Assembly (NCBI RefSeq): GCF_022045235.1
Contig: NW_027266273.1
Coordinates: forward strand, 16,058,001-16,122,000
Source of the DNA: Haliotis cracherodii
Taxonomy: Eukaryota
DNA length: 64,000 nt
Direction: 5' to 3'
Below, one piece after another: positions 59,072 to 64,000 of this stretch (positions are counted from its first letter, which is position 1; each line of letters starts with the position of its first letter). A program made the position numbers and the translations under genes. The notes beneath the pieces are model-generated. The model was not told the origin of the DNA. It was given only the letters and a program-made list of their open reading frames with translations, and did not search any database.

Positions 59072-60859
59072 CTAAATATGAAACAGATGAGGCGGTCTCT
59101 CTGGTCTCCTTTACTTCTAGTTCAGGTGAGTAAATCAGTGGAAGGGAATTGGCTATCTGATGGTTATTGATCGTTATGTCACTGTTAGGTAGTCTACTGA
59201 GTCAAACGTTCTTGAAAATTAATGCAAAAGAAACCAAGGTTGGTTAAGTCTCTTATGCATGAATTGAGGTACAATTATTAACGCTCATCTTTGTCGTTTT
59301 GTTCCACCAAAGCCGAATTAGTGCACCAAACCATAGCCCACATTACCTACTTCAGTGGCAGGAGTCGTGTCATGTGATTTGCGCGAATAGTATATTAACG
59401 TCATTGGGTCTCCTACGTTGAAGAACTTTTAGTCTCTTTGAACAATATCAAAAGACCTCCTTAAACGATGGTCTGTTCTCACCCACGAAATGTGGAAAGT
59501 AAGTGCTTCATCACCATGACCCCACTTCTTTCTGAGAGTGATACATCTTGTTCAATGTATACACTGTGAATATTGTGAGTATATGCTTTACAAAGTGAAT
59601 ATGACTAACCATATGAGCTGTCAAATCCACCTCACTCACCATCGTTGAACGTCATCAATCTACGTGTGGCATTACTGAAAGCTTTTACTGTGGATAGGTG
59701 GGATTATTATCCACCGCCAAACCTTTATACCACAGCTGGTCGTGTGTCATCTGCCTTGTCACCTTCATAAAATCACACCTGTATGTATACCTGTTGATGT
59801 AATGACAGAACAAACGGGTCCCAATACGGCTGTCGGCACTATACATTTCAATCAATATATCCTCGAGCATAATGACCTATTAAGCCGGACGGAAAATGTA
59901 ATTGTCGTGTCGTGTCATTGATTGTCCCTACGCTGTGGAGACCATTTATGGATGGTTATCACTCAACGAGGCATATAGAAAACAAACAAACAAACACAGA
60001 GGAGGGGTAACGCACTGTGACAGGTAGGCCTACTCATTCACTTCGCGTTTTCTTTAACATTCATAACTTGTATGTCTATATTTAAATCAATATATTGGTA
60101 TATGTTGAGGAATACATTACATTTACAGATCACAGATTGCAAACAGGCATGTGTTCACTCAAAGCGTTACGTTACTGACATGTCTTCCAACAGTAGTGGT
60201 ACCTGTGGTATCATATATCAATACTGTTAGATCGTAGTATTTTGGGACATTAAAGATACGCATCAACAGGTTCGAAATTAGCTTACGTGTTCTTTGCTTT
60301 ATCAAATGGAAAGTGCTGCAAGAAATCATAACATTATGTCAGTGTCAAAGTATGAAATGACACAATGTGAAAAAACGCACAATATTATTGTTCCTTTTAC
60401 TGAATGTAAGCTAGTATATTTTCACAGACCTATTTGTGGTCCCTGTAAACTTCCCTGAGCACAATGTTGACAGTAGTCTTCGATGCATCAAGTAAATTAA
60501 CGTCCAAAAGTAGCCATACATGTAGGTTGTAGTGGCCTGCAGAGGACGTCCCTGCAGCGTATGTGACTTCAAAGGCAACGAGTTGTTAAAGTATGAATGG
60601 GTACATACTTTCACTGTTGAAGTAAATACTCAGGTCAATTCACAATTATTCTGGTCAAAAGTAACTAATGTCAATGTTATTCATGAGCAATAGTCCAGCC
60701 AAATCACGTCGGCCTGTAAATAATCGTGTCTAGCCTAGTCAGTTTATGACTGAGGAGTAACGAGTCACGTCATTGGGGCAACATCGCGCTCAATCTGATA
60801 AGTCACACTCCCTTCTGAGCTTCGTCGGCTTATAGACAATCATGTTACATACAGCGTAA

Positions 60860-61020
60860 GAGTGTATGAGCTAGCATGACATTACACCACAGTTAACAAT
60901 ATTCCGGCAATATGACGGGGAACACTAGAAATCGTCATCCAACATTACACACGTGTGGGGAATCGAATCCGGGTCCCGCGAACGCTGAACCAAACCTTAA
61001 GTCTATCTCATCGCCCAACG
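60860..61020 (-). mobile_element. Family A SINE, heavily diverged
   Basis: CAATATTCCGGCAATAT, GGGGAATCGAATCCGGGTC, GCGAACGCT. Confidence 0.55.
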
Positions 61021-62683
61021 TCACGGATGGATTGATACATTAATATCAAATTAAATGCATCTTGTAACAAACATATGTTGGTGTTGTGTTCGCTGTATTT
61101 ACTGGACCTGATACTGTTGCAAGACAGAGGTCAGATAAGTAGATGCAAAACCACAACTTAACTGCCGGGAAAGGGATGTACACACTCATGTTTGGTGGTG
61201 GATAAAATGAACAAACAAGAAATGTTTTTTTGTGATGTATTTGCTGCGGGTATCATAAGTGTACTTTGGACATTAAGTTTGCAGTGTTTCGGCGAGCAAT
61301 ATTCACGCTATACTTTCTTTTGCTCGGCAGGTTTGATCAGTTTCCAATGTATTGCATCGTCTACTCTCAAATCGTCTATATCCACCCATAGTTCAAACCA
61401 TGAATCAACTACCTATAGATACGCCACGAGAAGTTGGAATTGATCAATGTATTAATACTTAAATCATTGCACTAAAAGTGTCTGATTACTCATACACATT
61501 TCGTGTGCTCCAGCTATGATTTATTGAATCATTGACTACTTGGCGCAAGAAAACAATCATTTCTATATCCAAGCGTTCTGTATACTGGTCGCAATGGACG
61601 TTCTCTTTGATGGACGTTAAATCTGTAATGAAGATTGATGATGTATGTATAGAAATAACACAGAGGATATGCGTGAGAGGTATTGAGCTCATAATGTTCC
61701 CTATACGCGTGCTATAAATACTTAATTACTAATGGGCAAGACGAAAACTATTTTGTTTTTGCAATGTACAATTGTTGTTTGTTATGCAATTATCGTGTCA
61801 ATCAAAATGCGGCCTTCTTGGGGTGTGTTGATTTGTCAAACATACAAATATCCCCATCATATGTGATCGATTTAGAACTTACATATTTATGTATCTAAAC
61901 ACAATGTCCAAATGAAATAAAACAAGTTTGCTGAGACGGAAGCAGCTTGTGCAGAGTAGTAATAATAATGCCTGGTGTCTCCATTATTCTGCTGACTTAA
62001 CAACGCGTTGTAAAAATACTCGCCATTTATTGAGTGTAGATTACATCTCGGCGAGGCTTACACATACATTGTGTTTGATTACTTTGTAGCGTCATCGAGA
62101 ATTGCCTTCGGCAAGTCGTAGATTATCGTCTTTCTCCGTGCATTTGGGTGGGCGTGTTATAGCAGCTACTGTACCGCGGCTGAGAATTGTTTGAGCATCG
62201 CCCACTAGATTTCCTTGAGTCAGTTTCAAATCGTGACTTCGAAACAAATCTGTTCATTTCTGAAATATGAAGGTTTTATTGAATGGCTATTTCAGATGTT
62301 TATACCACAGCATGTAGCTTTTAGAGAGTGAGGGGGTGAGGTTTAAAGCACCTCGAACAGAATTGCAGTTTAATAGGGAGGAAAGACTAGAGTGATGCAG
62401 GCTGTAAACGATAAGTAAAAGTTTTAGTGAAAAGTGCATGGATCAAGGATCAACACCTCGTGCGGGAGGAAAGACGAAGTGAGGCATGTCTTAGAAGTTC
62501 ACCACCTTGATGACATCCACGATCATCGGAATCTGGATCTCGTCCCAACAATCAGAGGATTCGTGCACCCAAAACAGATGCTTTCATTTTAAACCTAACC
62601 ACGTTACCTTTCTGGGAAACTTTCACATCATCTGTTGACTCTACTGGTCACCGTCACACGGTCACACCTCCCTCAACCGTCGA

Positions 62684-62847
62684 GGGCCGTGGGCTAGCCT
62701 AGTGGTTAAAGAGTTCGCTCGTCACGCCGAATACCTGGGTTCGATTCCCCACACGGGTACAATGTGTGAAGCAAATTGCTGGTGTTCCCCGCGTGTACTG
62801 GATGGAATACAGCTAAATGCAGCGTAAAACCGTACTCGCTCACACTC
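62684..62847 (+). mobile_element. Family A SINE, moderately diverged
   Basis: TAGCCTAGTGGTTAAAGAGTTCGCTCGTCACGCCGAA..GGTTCGATTCCCC..ACAATGTGTGAAGC. Confidence 0.85.
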
Positions 62848-63294
62848 CACCGATGATGCAGGCTCAACACTGGTGCCAAGAATTGAAGGACCAGACAAAT
62901 AGCATGAAGTTTAAAGAATATCCTAAATTTATTAACGCTTAAAGTAGACTGCCACTGGCCCATAATACATTGAAATGCACCTACATGTATGTAACACCTG
63001 CAGAATCTATTTTCGGAACATGATGTGAAAACCACGGGTGCGTTGTCCTTGTAATGGTTCAGGATATGCTTTCTGCACATTATTGTTTTCATTTGTTATC
63101 TCGGTTGTCAGGAAAATGTCCAGAGTTGCGTCCCTTAACCGTGTTGTTATCTGATGGGTTCTGCTTGGTTTCACCAAAGTATAATTTACAACCTACAGAC
63201 CTACGCCTCCACATTAAGTTGACATACAATGACATTTTACGTATCAGTGGCATAAAATGATGCCGGATGCAATTCAAAATTTGAATAGAACCAT

Positions 63295-64000
63295 ATGTTC
63301 CCGTGTTTTTTTCCGGATGAACAACTGACTTGCATTTGCAACAGCTGGTGTCATCATTTTCACCTGGTATCATCATTATTTGAGAAAAAATCATAAATAA
63401 AAGCGACAAAACCTATAAACCGTTGAAATCCCTAAAAAAAACCCAAGTCGATTGTACAATTCCGTCTGTATGATGAGCATGTGTTTATGAATCACTATCA
63501 AATTGTGAAGATACCAGGTGTTTGCGAAGACCCGTGAAGATCCGGGAAAGAATATGTCTCACCATCCGTCGTAAGAGGGGACTAACGGGATCGGGTGATC
63601 AGGCTCGCTTACTTTGTTGATGCATGTCATCGTATCCCAATTGCGTGGATCGATGCTCATGATGTCGAACACTGGATTGTCTGGTCCAGACTCGATTATT
63701 TACAGACCTTCGTCAAATAGCTGGAATATTGCTGAGTGCGGCCTTAAACACCAAACTAATAAAAAAGATGTTAGCTTAATTGAGCGCATCCTGTCCTGTT
63801 TTCAGGCAAACAATTGACTTGCCTTTGCATGTATTAATAACTGGTGCAGGATACGCTCACCTTATGGCGAACACCGCGTGGCATCACTTTTTTAGAATCA
63901 TTCTTAAATACATGCTCATAATGTAGTCGGAATCATAACAGAGACTGTGCTTTCAGCAGAAAAGCAGTTTGCTTGTTAAAAGGGTTTTGTGCCTTTTATT
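63295..64000. mobile_element. Cluster of Penelope-like 3' UTR pieces in alternating orientation (+, -, +)
   Basis: + piece ~63295-63390; - piece ~63395-63528 resuming ~63781-63796; + piece ~63797-64000 ending GGGTTTTGTGCCTTTTATT. Confidence 0.75.
63529..63757 (+). mobile_element. Family C retroposon inserted in the Penelope fragment
   Basis: Starts GACCCGTGAAGATCCGGG; full core and CTGGAATATTGCTGAGTGCGG tail. Confidence 0.9.

Overview
Repeat-rich, AT-rich, non-coding-dominated eukaryotic DNA. The repeat inventory (tRNA-headed SINEs with (ACTC)n tails, a Deu/Nin-type SINE, many Penelope-like 3' ends) suggests a mollusc, probably a gastropod such as abalone; this is inference. No intact protein-coding gene, tRNA, rRNA or CRISPR array is supported, and most track ORFs are repeat artefacts. 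Contents: three short retroposon families sharing one 3' tail (here A, B, C), about ten fragments of a Penelope-like (Naiad-type) element, an internally deleted mariner, several MITEs, LINE remnants (R4/Dong-like, RT, RNase H), three minisatellites, a telomere-like satellite and microsatellites. Two decayed host genes can be read across stops and frameshifts: a 7tm_2-like GPCR (minus strand, ~29.6-30.25 kb) and a 2'-5' oligoadenylate synthetase (OAS)-like nucleotidyltransferase (plus strand, ~42.3-46.2 kb). Most notable: (1) the OAS-like pseudogene is split by a ~39-copy 46-bp array whose unit appears to be its own K-x-W-Y coding segment; (2) the Penelope 3' UTR consensus folds into an HDV-like nested topology; (3) family C starts with a pseudoknotted head instead of a Pol III promoter. 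All homology calls are by-eye motif recognition, not database searches. Coordinates of diverged copies are approximate.
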